From Candidatus Omnitrophota bacterium (GTDB lineage: Bacteria > Omnitrophota > Gorgyraeia > Zapsychrales > JANLHA01): DNA of 32,000 bases. Shown piece by piece: positions 9,941 through 20,861 of the stretch. How positions within the stretch are numbered: the first letter of the stretch is position 1; every line of letters begins with the position of its first letter. The stretch covers positions 1,470,001-1,502,000 of the forward strand of contig OY759724.1 in assembly GCA_963662715.1 (NCBI GenBank). The letters run 5' to 3'. Under the pieces are notes generated by a model. The model ran no database searches and was not told the DNA's origin. It was given only the letters and a program-made list of their open reading frames with translations. Position numbers and translations under genes: made by a program.

Positions 9941-10013
9941 AGAATATCCTTGTGACAGCGGTCATGTAAAGCCTTGACTTGTTATAAAAATAGATGAAGC
10001 CTTTAGCCTTATA

Positions 10014-11816
10014 ATGAAATCTTTTCAGCCATCCAGTCCCCGGTCCCGTTATCCGCTCCGCTCTTTACTCATGCTGTTTTATTTGACCGTTTTTGGCCTG
10101 TCTTTATATGGTGTGGTTCTTAACGGGGAATTTATCGGCGATGACTATATTTTTTTAGCTTATAATACCGCTATTAGACATTTCCCTGACGTGACCCCTG
10201 TCTGGAAGGCTTTCCCCACGCGCTTTCTCGTGTTTTCCTCTTTTGCCGTAAACTACTGGCTGCATGGTTTTCGTGTCTTTGGTTTTCATTTGGTCAATAT
10301 CTTGATTCATATCCTGAACAGTTTCCTGACCTTTCAGTTCGTGCTTCTTCTGGGAGAAACTCCTGCCGGACAAAAATTAACCGCAAGGCCTTTTTCTGCC
10401 GTTTCCTTCTGGGCTGCGCTCATCTTTTTGTGCCATCCCCTGCAGACTCAGGGCGTATCCTATATTTTTCAAAGAGCGGTTTCTATGGCCACCTTTTTTT
10501 ATTTGTTAACAATTGTTTTTTATCTGCAGGCGCGTCTGAAGCACAGCCGTATTAAGACTATTTTTGCCTTGGGGAGTTATGTCTGTGCCATTTTCTGCAA
10601 GGAAATGGTCGTCACCCTGCCGGCGGCTTTGCTGCTTTGTGAAGTTTTTTTCTTTGAACCCCGGAGAAGAGAGTGGAAAGAAATAACCTTAAGAATTTTT
10701 CCTTTTATTCTGATCTCCGGTTTGTTGGTGACTATTTTTCTCAATATAAAAAACGAGGAAGCGGGGCTGAGTCTTAATCAACAGGTTGCCGCTTCAAGCT
10801 TTCATTGGAATTTTTTCCTCACCGAGATGAATGTCCTCGTGACATATATCCGTTTGATGTTTCTCCCTGTTGTGCAAAGATTTGATTATGATTATCCTGT
10901 TGTCTTGAGCCTGGGGGATGTAAGGCCCTGGCTGTCTCTGGGCCTTCTTTCAGCCCTTTTGGGCCTGGCGGTATGCTTCTTCCGGAAGAAGCGGCTTATG
11001 AGTTTTTGTGTTTTTTGGTTTTTCCTCACAACATCCGTTGAGTTGATTGTTGTCAGCGTGGTTCACCGGGCCCTGCTTTTTGAACATTGGCTGTATTTGC
11101 CGATGGTCGGATTTTCCATATTCCTGGCGTGTCTTTTATTCGACGTAGCCAAAGACGAGGCGCATTATAAACGGCTGGGGTTCATCATTATTTTCTGTTT
11201 GAGCCTGATGACACTCATGAGGAATCAGATCTGGCGCAATGAACTTATCTTCTGGGAATATGAAACCAGGCTTTCCCCCGGGAAAGCGTCGGTCTTTTAC
11301 GCAGCCGGAGTTGCTTATGACCGGAGGAATATGAAGGACAGCGCTTTGCTCCATTACCTGAAAGCTGTTGAGCTTGATGAACGGAGAAATGCCAGGCTGA
11401 AACTAGACCGGGAATCTTTAGCAAAGATTTATAACAACATCGGCATCATTTACGCCCGGCGCGCGGAACCCGCAAAAGCCCTGGAGAACTTTCAGAAAGC
11501 CCTGAGTTTGAACCCCCTGCAGGGGATGGTCGAAAACAACATCGGGACATTTTATTATTATCAGGGAGATTACGGGAAGGCCGTTGATTATCTGAGCCGG
11601 TCTTTGGAGGTGCAGCCGGACAACCCGGAAACGCTGGAATATCTGGGCCGAAGCCTGCTGGTGCAGGACCGCGCCGGCCAAGCGAGAGAGGTGTTGATGA
11701 AATCCCGGGAATTGTTCCTTGCTCAAGACAAGGCGGGGGAGGCCGGAGACATTGACGAAGTTTTAGACTCAATGAATGAGAATGAAAGCAAGGGAGACCC
11801 GGGACACAACAGGTGA
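10014..11816 (+). CDS. Polytopic membrane protein with a C-terminal TPR domain (TMTC / PMT-like putative glycosyltransferase)
   Basis: About 400 aa of multiple TM helices (VFGFHLVNILIHILNSFLTF is typical of TMTC/DUF1736-type proteins), then TPR repeats (AKIYNNIGIIYARRAEPAKALENFQKALSLNP..). Confidence 0.65.
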   Translation: MKSFQPSSPRSRYPLRSLLMLFYLTVFGLSLYGVVLNGEFIGDDYIFLAYNTAIRHFPDVTPVWKAFPTRFLVFSSFAVNYWLHGFRVFGFHLVNILIHILNSFLTFQFVLLLGETPAGQKLTARPFSAVSFWAALIFLCHPLQTQGVSYIFQRAVSMATFFYLLTIVFYLQARLKHSRIKTIFALGSYVCAIFCKEMVVTLPAALLLCEVFFFEPRRREWKEITLRIFPFILISGLLVTIFLNIKNEEAGLSLNQQVAASSFHWNFFLTEMNVLVTYIRLMFLPVVQRFDYDYPVVLSLGDVRPWLSLGLLSALLGLAVCFFRKKRLMSFCVFWFFLTTSVELIVVSVVHRALLFEHWLYLPMVGFSIFLACLLFDVAKDEAHYKRLGFIIIFCLSLMTLMRNQIWRNELIFWEYETRLSPGKASVFYAAGVAYDRRNMKDSALLHYLKAVELDERRNARLKLDRESLAKIYNNIGIIYARRAEPAKALENFQKALSLNPLQGMVENNIGTFYYYQGDYGKAVDYLSRSLEVQPDNPETLEYLGRSLLVQDRAGQAREVLMKSRELFLAQDKAGEAGDIDEVLDSMNENESKGDPGHNR

Positions 11817-11822
11817 TCAGAT

Positions 11823-12641
11823 ATGCCGGAATTGCCGGAGGTGGAAACCATATTAAGGGATTTACAGCGGAAGATCGTTTCTCTGCGCATCGAAGATGTG
11901 ATTGTCGTTGACGGGCGGGTTATCCGGAATTTGTCCGCAAAACATTTTGTCGGCCGATTGAAAGGTCAACGGGTCGCATCGATCACCCGAAGAGGCAAGG
12001 CGCTTATTCTGCAGCTTCATCCCGGAAAGGATTATTTCGTCGTTCAGCTGATGATGACCGGCCAGTTAATTGTTTCCTCCGACAGTCAGGGAGGCCGGCA
12101 GACTAAAATTATTTTCAAACTTTCCAATGCCAGGTATTTGCACTATAATGATCAGCGATTATTCGGCCGACTCACCGTGGTCCGTGATCTGAATGCGATC
12201 CCTTATTTGACTATTCTTGGTCCGGAGCCTTTCAGCCGGCAATTTTCCCGCGCGTATCTTGAAGAAACTCTGCGGTACAGAAAGGGGCCCATCAAAACAT
12301 TATTGTTGGACCACAGGGTTGTGGCGGGTATAGGCAATATCTACGCGTCTGAAATTTTATATGATTGCAGGATTAATCCCTGTTCTCCGGCGAACAAATT
12401 AGGTGAAGAGGCCCGGGCCGCATTAAGAGCCTCAACACGCAAAATCCTCCGTTGTGCTATCAAGGCCCGGGGAACGTCAATGAACACGTACCGGGACGCG
12501 GAAGGACGGCAGGGAGGTTTTATCAAAAAATTGAAAGTTTACGGCCGGGAACAACAGGGCTGTTTTCGATGCGGGGACAGCATTCGTAAAATTGTTTTAA
12601 GCGGCCGGAGCACATTCTTCTGCCCGGCATGTCAAAAGTGA
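11823..12641 (+). CDS. mutM: Formamidopyrimidine-DNA glycosylase
   Basis: MPELPEVET N-terminus, an H2TH region and a C-terminal zinc finger CFRCG...FFCPACQ. Confidence 0.93.
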   Translation: MPELPEVETILRDLQRKIVSLRIEDVIVVDGRVIRNLSAKHFVGRLKGQRVASITRRGKALILQLHPGKDYFVVQLMMTGQLIVSSDSQGGRQTKIIFKLSNARYLHYNDQRLFGRLTVVRDLNAIPYLTILGPEPFSRQFSRAYLEETLRYRKGPIKTLLLDHRVVAGIGNIYASEILYDCRINPCSPANKLGEEARAALRASTRKILRCAIKARGTSMNTYRDAEGRQGGFIKKLKVYGREQQGCFRCGDSIRKIVLSGRSTFFCPACQK

Positions 12642-12647
12642 GATCAA

Positions 12648-13322
12648 ATGAAAAAACGTATAAAAGTCGATAGCGGTATTCTTTCTCTTGTGATCCTGTT
12701 CACGGGGTTTTTGTATCAATTCCCGCACATCTATCCGTCCAGCCGCCTGTGGGATAATATCCTGGACTGGCTGGGTCTGATCATTGTTCTGAAAGGGACG
12801 TATATCCGTATGGCGGCCCGCGGGGTCAAAAAGGCTCATTCCCGGCAGGGAGAGGGCCTAGTGAAAAAAGGACTGTATTCCGCCGTCCGCAATCCGATGT
12901 ATCTGGGCAGTTTTATGATAGGGATGGGGTTTGTCCTCATTGTCTGGCCGTTCTGGATTTTCCCGGCCTTTGCCTGGCTTTTTTATCTGCGCTTCATCCG
13001 GCAGATTTCCCGGGAAGAGAAGTGGCTCAAGAAGAATTTCGGCGCGGAGTATGAAGCCTACTGCCGGACCGTCCCGCAGCTTTTTCCGAGATGGGATAAG
13101 TTGTGGACGATGAAAGCTTCGACGCTGTTTCCCTGGGAGAAGACGTGGAGCACGAAAGAAGTCAGGGGCTTGATCACCTGGCCGTTACTGGCTGTTGTCT
13201 TGGAGACTTTGCAGGAATGGCGGGTGTTCGGGACCACCCATTTCCTGCATACGGTCATGATATTTTCGGCGGCCGTCGCAACTTTTTTTATCGCAATGTG
13301 GATCCGCTACCAGGAGAAATAA
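12648..13322 (+). CDS. Isoprenylcysteine carboxyl methyltransferase (ICMT) family membrane methyltransferase
   Basis: Several TM helices and GLYSAVRNPMYLGSF plus EEKWLKKNFGAEYEAY motifs typical of the ICMT/PEMT family. Confidence 0.65.
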   Translation: MKKRIKVDSGILSLVILFTGFLYQFPHIYPSSRLWDNILDWLGLIIVLKGTYIRMAARGVKKAHSRQGEGLVKKGLYSAVRNPMYLGSFMIGMGFVLIVWPFWIFPAFAWLFYLRFIRQISREEKWLKKNFGAEYEAYCRTVPQLFPRWDKLWTMKASTLFPWEKTWSTKEVRGLITWPLLAVVLETLQEWRVFGTTHFLHTVMIFSAAVATFFIAMWIRYQEK

Positions 13323-13327
13323 ACGCG

Positions 13328-14098
13328 ATGCATAAAATTCAGCAGACATATACGGTTCTGTCCAACAAGAAAGTTTGCCCGCGGTATTATCATCTTTCTC
13401 TTGACGGCGGAAAACTCCCTCAGAATATTTATCCGGGACAGTTTGTTCATATCCGCGTGAGGGAAGGCCTGGAACCTTTTTTCCGCCGGCCTTTTAGTGT
13501 TTTCCGCGCCCGGAAAACGGTTGATATCCTTTATGACGTTGTCGGGCAGGGAACGGAAATATTAAGCTCCAAGGGCAAAGGGGACCGGCTGGATGTCTTG
13601 GGGCCGCTGGGCAATCATTTTGCCTTGCCGGACAAGAATATCAGGCAGGTCGTCATGATCGCCGGCGGTATCGGTGTGGCCCCGTTTTTAATTTTTTCGG
13701 ATTATTTGAAATCCCATAAAGCCGAAAAGACATTGTTATACGGCGGCCGGACGAAAGCACATGTTTTTGACTTTAAGCCGTTTGTCCGGAACGGCTGTGA
13801 CGTCCATGTCGCCACAGAAGACGGGGGGGCCGGGATTAAAGGCCGGGTGAGCCGGCTTTTTTCCAAAATCCGGAAGGACCCGGAGTCGACCGTGATCTAT
13901 ACCTGCGGCCCGAAACCGATGATGGCCGCGGTGCAGGACTTTGCGCGAAAGCATCGCCTGCCGGGACAAGCCTCCTGCGAGGAAGTTATGGCCTGCGGAT
14001 TAGGGGCGTGTCTCGGCTGCTCTACGAAAACGCACTCCGGGTACAAGACGGTGTGCTATGACGGTCCGGTGTTTGATCTGCAGGAAATATGCTTTTAG
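13328..14098 (+). CDS. pyrK: Dihydroorotate dehydrogenase B electron-transfer (FAD/2Fe-2S) subunit
   Basis: RPFSV FAD motif, GGIGVAP and the cluster motif CEEVMACGLGACLGCS. The start is ATG 13328; the ORF-track start at 13103 overlaps the preceding gene. Confidence 0.9.
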   Translation: MHKIQQTYTVLSNKKVCPRYYHLSLDGGKLPQNIYPGQFVHIRVREGLEPFFRRPFSVFRARKTVDILYDVVGQGTEILSSKGKGDRLDVLGPLGNHFALPDKNIRQVVMIAGGIGVAPFLIFSDYLKSHKAEKTLLYGGRTKAHVFDFKPFVRNGCDVHVATEDGGAGIKGRVSRLFSKIRKDPESTVIYTCGPKPMMAAVQDFARKHRLPGQASCEEVMACGLGACLGCSTKTHSGYKTVCYDGPVFDLQEICF

Positions 14099-14178
14099 GG
14101 AAGGCGGAGCTCGCCGGGGAACAGGTCCTGCGGTTCTGAGGGGTGTCAAGAGGGGGAAACGGGGCCAATGGAAATATT

Positions 14179-14538
14179 ATGAATTATTTTTTATACATTC
14201 TTATCGGACTGGTTGCCGGTACTTTCAGCGGTTTTTTCGGGGTAGGCGGGGCGACGATGTTGATCCCGATTTTCGTTCTGATGTTCGGCATGACGCAGCA
14301 TCAGGCGCAGGGGACGACTCTGGCTGTCCTGCTTCCGCCGGTATTTTTATTCGCGGTATTGAAATATTATCAATACGGGCATGTGAAAGTCAAGATGGCC
14401 CTTATGATCTCGTTGGCGTTTTTTGCCGGCGCTTATTTAGGAGCCTGTGCCGTGCAGGGGGTGGAAGATACGGCTTTAAAGAAAGCGTTTGGCGTCTTGT
14501 TGATTCTCATGGGGCTGCGTATGCTGGTGTTTAAATGA
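14179..14538 (+). CDS. Half-size TauE/SafE-family (sulfite exporter-like) membrane protein
   Basis: MNYFLYILIGLVAGTFSGFFGVGGATMLIP is the typical TauE N-terminus. The product is 119 aa with about 4 TM helices. Confidence 0.65.
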   Translation: MNYFLYILIGLVAGTFSGFFGVGGATMLIPIFVLMFGMTQHQAQGTTLAVLLPPVFLFAVLKYYQYGHVKVKMALMISLAFFAGAYLGACAVQGVEDTALKKAFGVLLILMGLRMLVFK

Positions 14539-14602
14539 CGATAAACGTCAGGGAAAGCGACCCCGCGGGCAGATGGAGTAAAATTCATACCAGGAAAAGG
14601 AC

Positions 14603-15511
14603 ATGAACCTTTCAGTAAAAATCGGGACAGCGGTTTTTCCTAATCCCGTCACGGTTGCGTCCGGGACCTTCGGGCACGCCGAGAAGTATTACCGTTTGGA
14701 GGAAGTCAAAAAGCTGGGGGCTTTGATTCCCAAGACCGTCACGCTTCATGCCCAGGAAGGCAACCCGCCGCCGCGTATCGTAGAGACTCCCGCCGGAATG
14801 CTTAATGCCATCGGCATTGAGAATCCCGGCATTGATGTTTTTATCCGGCAGAAATTATCCTTGTTGCAGAATATTAACGTTCCGCTTATCATCAGCATCC
14901 TCGGGCATTCGGATGACCAGTTCCTCAAGCTTACGGAAAAGTTAAACAAGGCCGAGGGAGTCCAGGCTTTGGAACTGAACCTTTCCTGTCCGAATCTGCA
15001 GAAAAAAGTCCTGGTCGCCCAGGACCCCCGGGCGACGTCCCGGCTTGTCCAGAAGGTCAAAAAGGTTTCCCGTTACCCGGTTGTCGCGAAGCTGTCTCCC
15101 AATGTTACGGATATCACGGTTATCGCCCGGGCCGCGGCAGAGGCCGGGGCCGACGGGGTAAGCTTGATCAACACATTGACAGGCATGCAGATTGATACAA
15201 AATCCCGGCGGCCGGTTCTCGGCAATATCACCGGAGGATTAAGCGGGCCGGCGATCCGGCCGGTGGCTTTGAACATGGTTTATCAGGTCGCGCAGCGCAT
15301 CAAGATCCCGATCATCGCCATGGGCGGTATCATGAACGCTGACGATGCCCTGCAGTTTATCATGGCCGGAGCCGCGATGGTTGCCGTAGGGACCTTTAAC
15401 TTTGTCAATCCGCGCGCGCCTCTGGACGTGCTGCAGGGGATTAAGGCGTATATGAAGAAACAGAAGATTCAGGATATTCATCAACTTTGCGGGAGCGTGA
15501 TAGCGCCATGA
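14603..15511 (+). CDS. pyrD: Dihydroorotate dehydrogenase, class 1B catalytic subunit
   Basis: LELNLSCPN active-site Cys region and GGLSGPAIRP. It lies one gene (the TauE-like ORF) downstream of pyrK. Confidence 0.95.
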   Translation: MNLSVKIGTAVFPNPVTVASGTFGHAEKYYRLEEVKKLGALIPKTVTLHAQEGNPPPRIVETPAGMLNAIGIENPGIDVFIRQKLSLLQNINVPLIISILGHSDDQFLKLTEKLNKAEGVQALELNLSCPNLQKKVLVAQDPRATSRLVQKVKKVSRYPVVAKLSPNVTDITVIARAAAEAGADGVSLINTLTGMQIDTKSRRPVLGNITGGLSGPAIRPVALNMVYQVAQRIKIPIIAMGGIMNADDALQFIMAGAAMVAVGTFNFVNPRAPLDVLQGIKAYMKKQKIQDIHQLCGSVIAP

Positions 15512-16266
15512 GTGAAAAGAAACAAAAAGCCCAGGTTATTGTCGCCCTGGATGTTAATACTTTGGAAGAGGTCCGTTCCCTGGTGGTGCAGCTGGACGAC
15601 TATATTGACTGCTTTAAAGTCGGCAGCCAGCTGTTTACGTCCTGCGGCCCGGCTGCGGTTCGGTTTATCGAAGCAAGAGGGAAACGCGTTTTTCTGGATT
15701 TAAAATTTCATGATATCCCTCATACCGTTGCGCGCGCCGTTGAAGCCGCTGCGCACCTGAATGTCGCCATCGAGCGGAGTATGAGCGCTTATAAAAAGGA
15801 GCCTCCCAGGCATAAAGGATTGTTTATGTATACCCTGCATACATCCGGAGGGCCGGAGATGCTGAAAGCGGCTGTTGAAGCAGGAACGAAAGCCGCCCTG
15901 GAGATTGATGTTCCGAAACCTTTGGCGATCGGCGTAACTGTCTTGACAAGTGAACAAAAAACGGATAGTATACTCACTCAAGTTTTGCAGAAAGCTGAGT
16001 GTGCCAGGAAGGCCGGGTGTGACGGGGTGGTGGCGTCCTGCCATGAAGCCCCGGTCATTCGCCGCGAGTTCGGCCCGGACTTCATTATTGTGACGCCGGG
16101 TATCCGGCCGGCCGGCGGAGATGTTCAGGATCAGAAGAGGACCGCGACACCGCAGGAAGCGATAAAAAGCGGCAGCAGTTTCCTTGTGATCGGAAGGCCG
16201 ATCATCCGGGCGGCAGATCCCCGGCAGGCAGCGAAGCAGATATTACAGGACATCCAGGCCGTGTGA
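15508..16266 (+). CDS. pyrF: Orotidine 5'-phosphate decarboxylase
   Basis: VALDV...DLKFHDIPHTV motifs. ATG 15508 forms an ATGA overlap with the pyrD stop. Confidence 0.93.
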   Translation: MSEKKQKAQVIVALDVNTLEEVRSLVVQLDDYIDCFKVGSQLFTSCGPAAVRFIEARGKRVFLDLKFHDIPHTVARAVEAAAHLNVAIERSMSAYKKEPPRHKGLFMYTLHTSGGPEMLKAAVEAGTKAALEIDVPKPLAIGVTVLTSEQKTDSILTQVLQKAECARKAGCDGVVASCHEAPVIRREFGPDFIIVTPGIRPAGGDVQDQKRTATPQEAIKSGSSFLVIGRPIIRAADPRQAAKQILQDIQAV

Positions 16267-16445
16267 GTCATTATTTATTAATTACATAGTTAAAAAGCGG
16301 AGGGGGGAAACAACCTTATTCATGCTTAGAAAACATGACGGGGCAGGTTTCCCTTTCTTTATTAAACAGGGATTGATCAGCTTGTCTTTGAATAATTAGA
16401 GGAAGGTTTTATATTATTTATTAAAAATTACACCGGAGAAAAGAG

Positions 16446-17069
16446 ATGACAGAACGTGTTCAGGAACTGATAGACAAAATTAAAACTGAGGGCATTCAGG
16501 CTGCTGAAACGCAGGCCAAGGACATTCAGTCTCAGGCGGTTAAAAAATCCGAGGATATTATTGCTCAGGCCAAAAAGGAAGCCGAGAGTATTATGGCCGA
16601 AGCCGAAACGGACCGGCAGAAAATCGAGGAAGCAACCCGGGCCGTGTTAAAGCAAGCCTCCCGGGACATGTTGCTGCGGTTGCGGAAAGACATGCTCAGA
16701 ATGCTGGACGGGCTCGTGACCCGGAGTTTGGGGGAAGCTCTTACTCCGGAAGAACTTTCCTCCCTTATCCAGAAAGTGGCGAGCGCTTATGTTCAAGGCG
16801 ATAAGGGCGCGGATATCACTGCGACTTTAAGTGAAGAAGACCTGAATAAACTGAAGGATGGATTCTTGAAAAAATTGCAGCAGGCTTTAAAACAGCCGCT
16901 TGTTTTAAAGTCCGCGCAGAATATTCGCAAAGGCTTTACGATCAGTTTTGACCAGGGAAAGTCGTGTTTTGATTTTACGGACAAGAGCCTGGCGGAATTT
17001 CTTGGCCAGTATTTAAATGAGCAGGTGGCGCAGATTCTGCAGGAATCATTAGAAAAACAGGATGTGTAA
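16446..17069 (+). CDS. ntpE: V-type ATPase subunit E
   Basis: Charged coiled-coil N-terminus (AAETQAKDIQSQAVKKSEDIIAQAKKEAESIMAEAE) and first position in the V-ATPase operon. Confidence 0.75.
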   Translation: MTERVQELIDKIKTEGIQAAETQAKDIQSQAVKKSEDIIAQAKKEAESIMAEAETDRQKIEEATRAVLKQASRDMLLRLRKDMLRMLDGLVTRSLGEALTPEELSSLIQKVASAYVQGDKGADITATLSEEDLNKLKDGFLKKLQQALKQPLVLKSAQNIRKGFTISFDQGKSCFDFTDKSLAEFLGQYLNEQVAQILQESLEKQDV

Positions 17070-17071
17070 AG

Positions 17072-17608
17072 ATGTATTATTATTTTGCGGCCAGCCTGCC
17101 TTTTCTGGAATTCGGGGTGAAATGCCCGACTTGCCTGGAAAATTTTTTGGAGCAGAGTGAAAGACTGCTGCCGGAGCGGGACCGGAGGCTTATTGAACAG
17201 GCCCTGCTGATCGAAAAAGGGCAGGACATCAAAGCGGAGCACCGGGTCATTGCGGAATGGCAGAATTTTATGCAGGATCTCCGTAACCAATGGGTTTTGG
17301 TCAGGGCCGGTGTGCTCAAAAAAGATCCGTTGTCCTATATGCGGGGAAGCCGGACCGGCCAGGCGGCGGTTGTTGAGGTCATCAACCAGGCCCAGAAAGC
17401 GGAGGACCCGTTGTCCGGAGAAAAATTGATCGACCAGCTGCGGTGGGATAAGCTGGAAGATATCGGGCAGGGACATTTTTTTGATTTGGATTTTTTGCTG
17501 GTCTATGCTTTGAAGCTGCAGATTCTAAAACGGCTGGAGCGCATAGATTCTGTGCACGGGGAACATACCTTTCAAGAATACTGTACAACCGCATCGCGGT
17601 TGAGATAA
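17072..17608 (+). CDS. DUF2764-like V-ATPase accessory protein (subunit C-like position)
   Basis: MYYYFAASLPFLEF start and a position between E and A, as in Bacteroidetes/Chlamydia-type V-ATPase operons. Confidence 0.55.
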   Translation: MYYYFAASLPFLEFGVKCPTCLENFLEQSERLLPERDRRLIEQALLIEKGQDIKAEHRVIAEWQNFMQDLRNQWVLVRAGVLKKDPLSYMRGSRTGQAAVVEVINQAQKAEDPLSGEKLIDQLRWDKLEDIGQGHFFDLDFLLVYALKLQILKRLERIDSVHGEHTFQEYCTTASRLR

Positions 17609-17660
17609 TGGCTGGGATTCGCGGCAGGCAGACTCAGTCATAAGAAACGGAGGATGAAGC

Positions 17661-19418
17661 GTGAGTCGATCAAGAACCGGACAGGTGATAGGGGTCAACG
17701 GGAATATGGTGGCGGTTGCCTTTGCGGACCGGGTTATGCAGAACGAAGTGGCCTATGTCGTGGCAGGGCAGGAGCGTTTGAAGGCGGAGGTTATTCGTGT
17801 TAAGGGTAAACGCGCGGACCTGCAGGTCTTTGAAGACACCCAGGGGATCCGTATTCAGGATACGGTGGAGTTCACCGGGGAACTGCTGAGCGTTGAGCTG
17901 GGGCCGGGGTTGTTGACCCAGGTCTATGACGGGTTGCAGAATCCTCTCCCGGATTTAGCCGAGCAGTATGGTTTTTTTCTGAAACGGGGAGCCTATTTAA
18001 CCGCGCTTGACGATGATTCGACGTGGGAGTTCACCCCGGAGGCCAAAGCCGGGGATAAAGTCCTGGCCGGAGAAAAGCTCGGCGTTGTTCCGGAAAAGGT
18101 TTTCCAGCACTGGATCATGGTCCCTTTCCATCTCCAGGGAGAACTTGAGGTGACAGAGATTGTCGGCAAAGGCACGTATAAAGTCAAGGACACGATCGCC
18201 CGCGTGAAAGACGGACAGGGACAGGTTCATGCCGTAACCATGAAACAGACGTGGCCGGTCAAAGTTCCCATCACGGCGTATGCCCATAAAATCAAACCGA
18301 CACAGCCGCTGGTCACGAAGATCCGCATTATCGATACTCTGGTCCCGGTCGCGGTCGGAGGAACGTTCTGCACTCCGGGGCCTTTCGGCGCCGGCAAAAC
18401 AGTTTTGCAGCATTTGATCAGCCGTCATGCGGACGTGGACATCGTGATCGTCGCGGCCTGCGGGGAACGGGCCGGCGAAGTCGTTGAGCTCCTTAAAGAA
18501 TTCCCGGAACTCAAAGATCCGAAGACCGGGCAGACGCTGATGGACCGCACGATTATTATCTGTAATACCAGTTCCATGCCGGTGGCGGCCCGGGAGTCGA
18601 GCGTATATACAGCCGTGACATTAGCGGAATATTACCGGCAGATGGGAATGAATGTCTTATTGCTGGCGGATTCCACGTCCCGGTGGGCGCAGGCCATGCG
18701 GGAAATGTCCGGACGTCTGGAAGAGATCCCCGGGGAAGAAGCGTTTCCGGCCTACCTGGAAACCCGCATCGCTTCGTTTTATGAGCGCGCGGGCCTGGTT
18801 CAGCTTCATGACGGAAGTATGGGGTCCGTGACGATCGGCGGGTCGGTCTCTCCGGCCGGCGGAAATTTTGAAGAGCCGGTGACCCAGGCGACGCTGAAAG
18901 TCGTCGGCGCGTTTCACGGTTTGTCCCGCGACCGCGCGAACGCCCGCAGGTATCCCTCCATCGACCCTTTGGACAGTTGGAGCAAATACGACAGCTTTAT
19001 TGACGGCGCGAAGGTGCAGAAAGGCGTGGCGATCCTCCGCAAAGCCAGCCATGTCTCCCAGATGATGAAAGTCATCGGGGAGGAAGGGACAACGACGGAA
19101 GAGTTTATCGAGTATTTGAAAGGGGAGTTTTTTGATGCCGTGTATCTGCAGCAGAATGCTTTTGACGAGGTCGACGAAGCGACGCCGGACGAGCGGCAGA
19201 GATATATTTATGATCTGCTCGAGCAGATCATTGACCAGAAATTCAAATTTTCAGACAAAACAACGGCCCGCAGATTCTTTCAGGAACTGAGGCAGAAATT
19301 CATCAACTGGAATTCTGCCGCCTTCCAAAGCGATGAATTCCAGTCCATAGAGAAAAATATCCGGGAACAGTTAACCGCGGATACAAAGACTTTGAACAAA
19401 GAACCAGTCAGAGGTTAA
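17661..19418 (+). CDS. ntpA: V-type ATPase catalytic subunit A
   Basis: GTG start after GGAGGA. Walker [10 protein letters not shown], Walker B LLLADS and the non-homologous insert typical of A subunits. Confidence 0.95.
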   Translation: MSRSRTGQVIGVNGNMVAVAFADRVMQNEVAYVVAGQERLKAEVIRVKGKRADLQVFEDTQGIRIQDTVEFTGELLSVELGPGLLTQVYDGLQNPLPDLAEQYGFFLKRGAYLTALDDDSTWEFTPEAKAGDKVLAGEKLGVVPEKVFQHWIMVPFHLQGELEVTEIVGKGTYKVKDTIARVKDGQGQVHAVTMKQTWPVKVPITAYAHKIKPTQPLVTKIRIIDTLVPVAVGGTFCTPGPFGAGKTVLQHLISRHADVDIVIVAACGERAGEVVELLKEFPELKDPKTGQTLMDRTIIICNTSSMPVAARESSVYTAVTLAEYYRQMGMNVLLLADSTSRWAQAMREMSGRLEEIPGEEAFPAYLETRIASFYERAGLVQLHDGSMGSVTIGGSVSPAGGNFEEPVTQATLKVVGAFHGLSRDRANARRYPSIDPLDSWSKYDSFIDGAKVQKGVAILRKASHVSQMMKVIGEEGTTTEEFIEYLKGEFFDAVYLQQNAFDEVDEATPDERQRYIYDLLEQIIDQKFKFSDKTTARRFFQELRQKFINWNSAAFQSDEFQSIEKNIREQLTADTKTLNKEPVRG

Positions 19419-19422
19419 TACG

Positions 19423-20730
19423 ATGCAAAAAGTTTACAGCCAGATTTTACAGATTGCCGGTGATGTCATTACCGTGGAAGCCGAAGACATCGCCTATGGA
19501 GAGCTTGCCGAAATCCAGACCCGCATGGGAATGTCCCTCGCCCAGGTCATCCGTTTGGACGGGAACAAGGTTTCCCTGCAGGTTTTGGCCGGCAGCCGCG
19601 GCATTTCCACGGACGATAAAGTGCGGTTTTTAAAACATCCGATGCAGGTGTCGTTTTCCGATAACCTGTTAGGCCGGATCTTTAACGGGAGCGGCGTGCC
19701 CCGGGACGGCGGCCCGTCCCTGGACGAGAACATGATCAATATCGGCGGCCCGTCCGTGAACCCTTCCAAACGCATCGTGCCCCGCAATATGATCCGGACC
19801 GGAATCCCGATGATCGATATTTTTAATTCCCTGGTGGAATCGCAGAAACTGCCGATTTTTTCCGTGGCCGGGGAGCCGTATAACCCGCTTCTGGCGAGGA
19901 TCGCTTTGCAGGCGGAAGTGGACATGATTATCCTCGGGGGGATGGGCCTGAAATATGACGACTTCCTTTTTTTCAAGGAGACGCTTGAGCAACACGGGTC
20001 CCTTTCCCGGTCCGTGATGTTCATCCATACGGCGGCCGATCCGACGGTCGAATGCCTGCTTGTCCCGGACATGAGCCTGGCTGTCGCGGAGCAGTTTGCT
20101 TTGACGGGGAAACGGGTGCTGGTGCTCCTGACCGACATGACGAATTTTGCCGACGCCTTGAAAGAGGTGGCCATCACCATGGAGCAGATCCCGTCCAACC
20201 GCGGATATCCGGGGGATTTGTACAGCCAGCTGGCCGCGCGTTATGAAAAAGCCGTGGACTTTGATACGGCCGGCTCCATCACGGTTCTGGCGGTCACGAC
20301 CATGCCGGGAGACGATGTTACCCACCCGGTGCCGGATAATACCGGATACATCACCGAGGGGCAGTTTTATTTGACCGGCGGACGCATTGAGCCTTTCGGA
20401 AGCTTAAGCCGTCTGAAGCAGCAGGTCAACGGCAAGACAAGGGCTGATCACCGGACGATTATGGACCGGATGATCCAGCTGTTTGCCGATTACCGTTCAA
20501 CGCTGGAAAAGAAATCCATGGGATTTGAAATGAGCCCCTGGGATGAAAAGCTGCTGACGTACGGACACCGTTTCGAGAATGAACTTATGGATTTGAGCGT
20601 TAACATTCCGCTGGAAGGGGCTTTGGACCTGGGGTGGCGTATCCTGGCGGATATCTTTGAGCCGGCTGAGACCGGGATAAAAGAATCTTTGCTCAAGGAG
20701 TTCTGGCCCAAAAAAGAGGCCAGTGTTTGA
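19423..20730 (+). CDS. ntpB: V-type ATPase subunit B
   Basis: Alpha/beta-family fold without a P-loop. Motifs include [18 protein letters not shown] and [12 protein letters not shown]. Confidence 0.95.
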   Translation: MQKVYSQILQIAGDVITVEAEDIAYGELAEIQTRMGMSLAQVIRLDGNKVSLQVLAGSRGISTDDKVRFLKHPMQVSFSDNLLGRIFNGSGVPRDGGPSLDENMINIGGPSVNPSKRIVPRNMIRTGIPMIDIFNSLVESQKLPIFSVAGEPYNPLLARIALQAEVDMIILGGMGLKYDDFLFFKETLEQHGSLSRSVMFIHTAADPTVECLLVPDMSLAVAEQFALTGKRVLVLLTDMTNFADALKEVAITMEQIPSNRGYPGDLYSQLAARYEKAVDFDTAGSITVLAVTTMPGDDVTHPVPDNTGYITEGQFYLTGGRIEPFGSLSRLKQQVNGKTRADHRTIMDRMIQLFADYRSTLEKKSMGFEMSPWDEKLLTYGHRFENELMDLSVNIPLEGALDLGWRILADIFEPAETGIKESLLKEFWPKKEASV

Positions 20731-20861
20731 TCCCCGGGCTCGCCAGGAGGAAAACGCCCGGCTGCGGAACCTGCGGTGAAGCCCTGCTGCCTTCCCGGCA
20801 GGGGAGGCGTTATAAGATAGGATGCACAGGTGTCGTTTAATACCAAATAGATATTTTAGCC

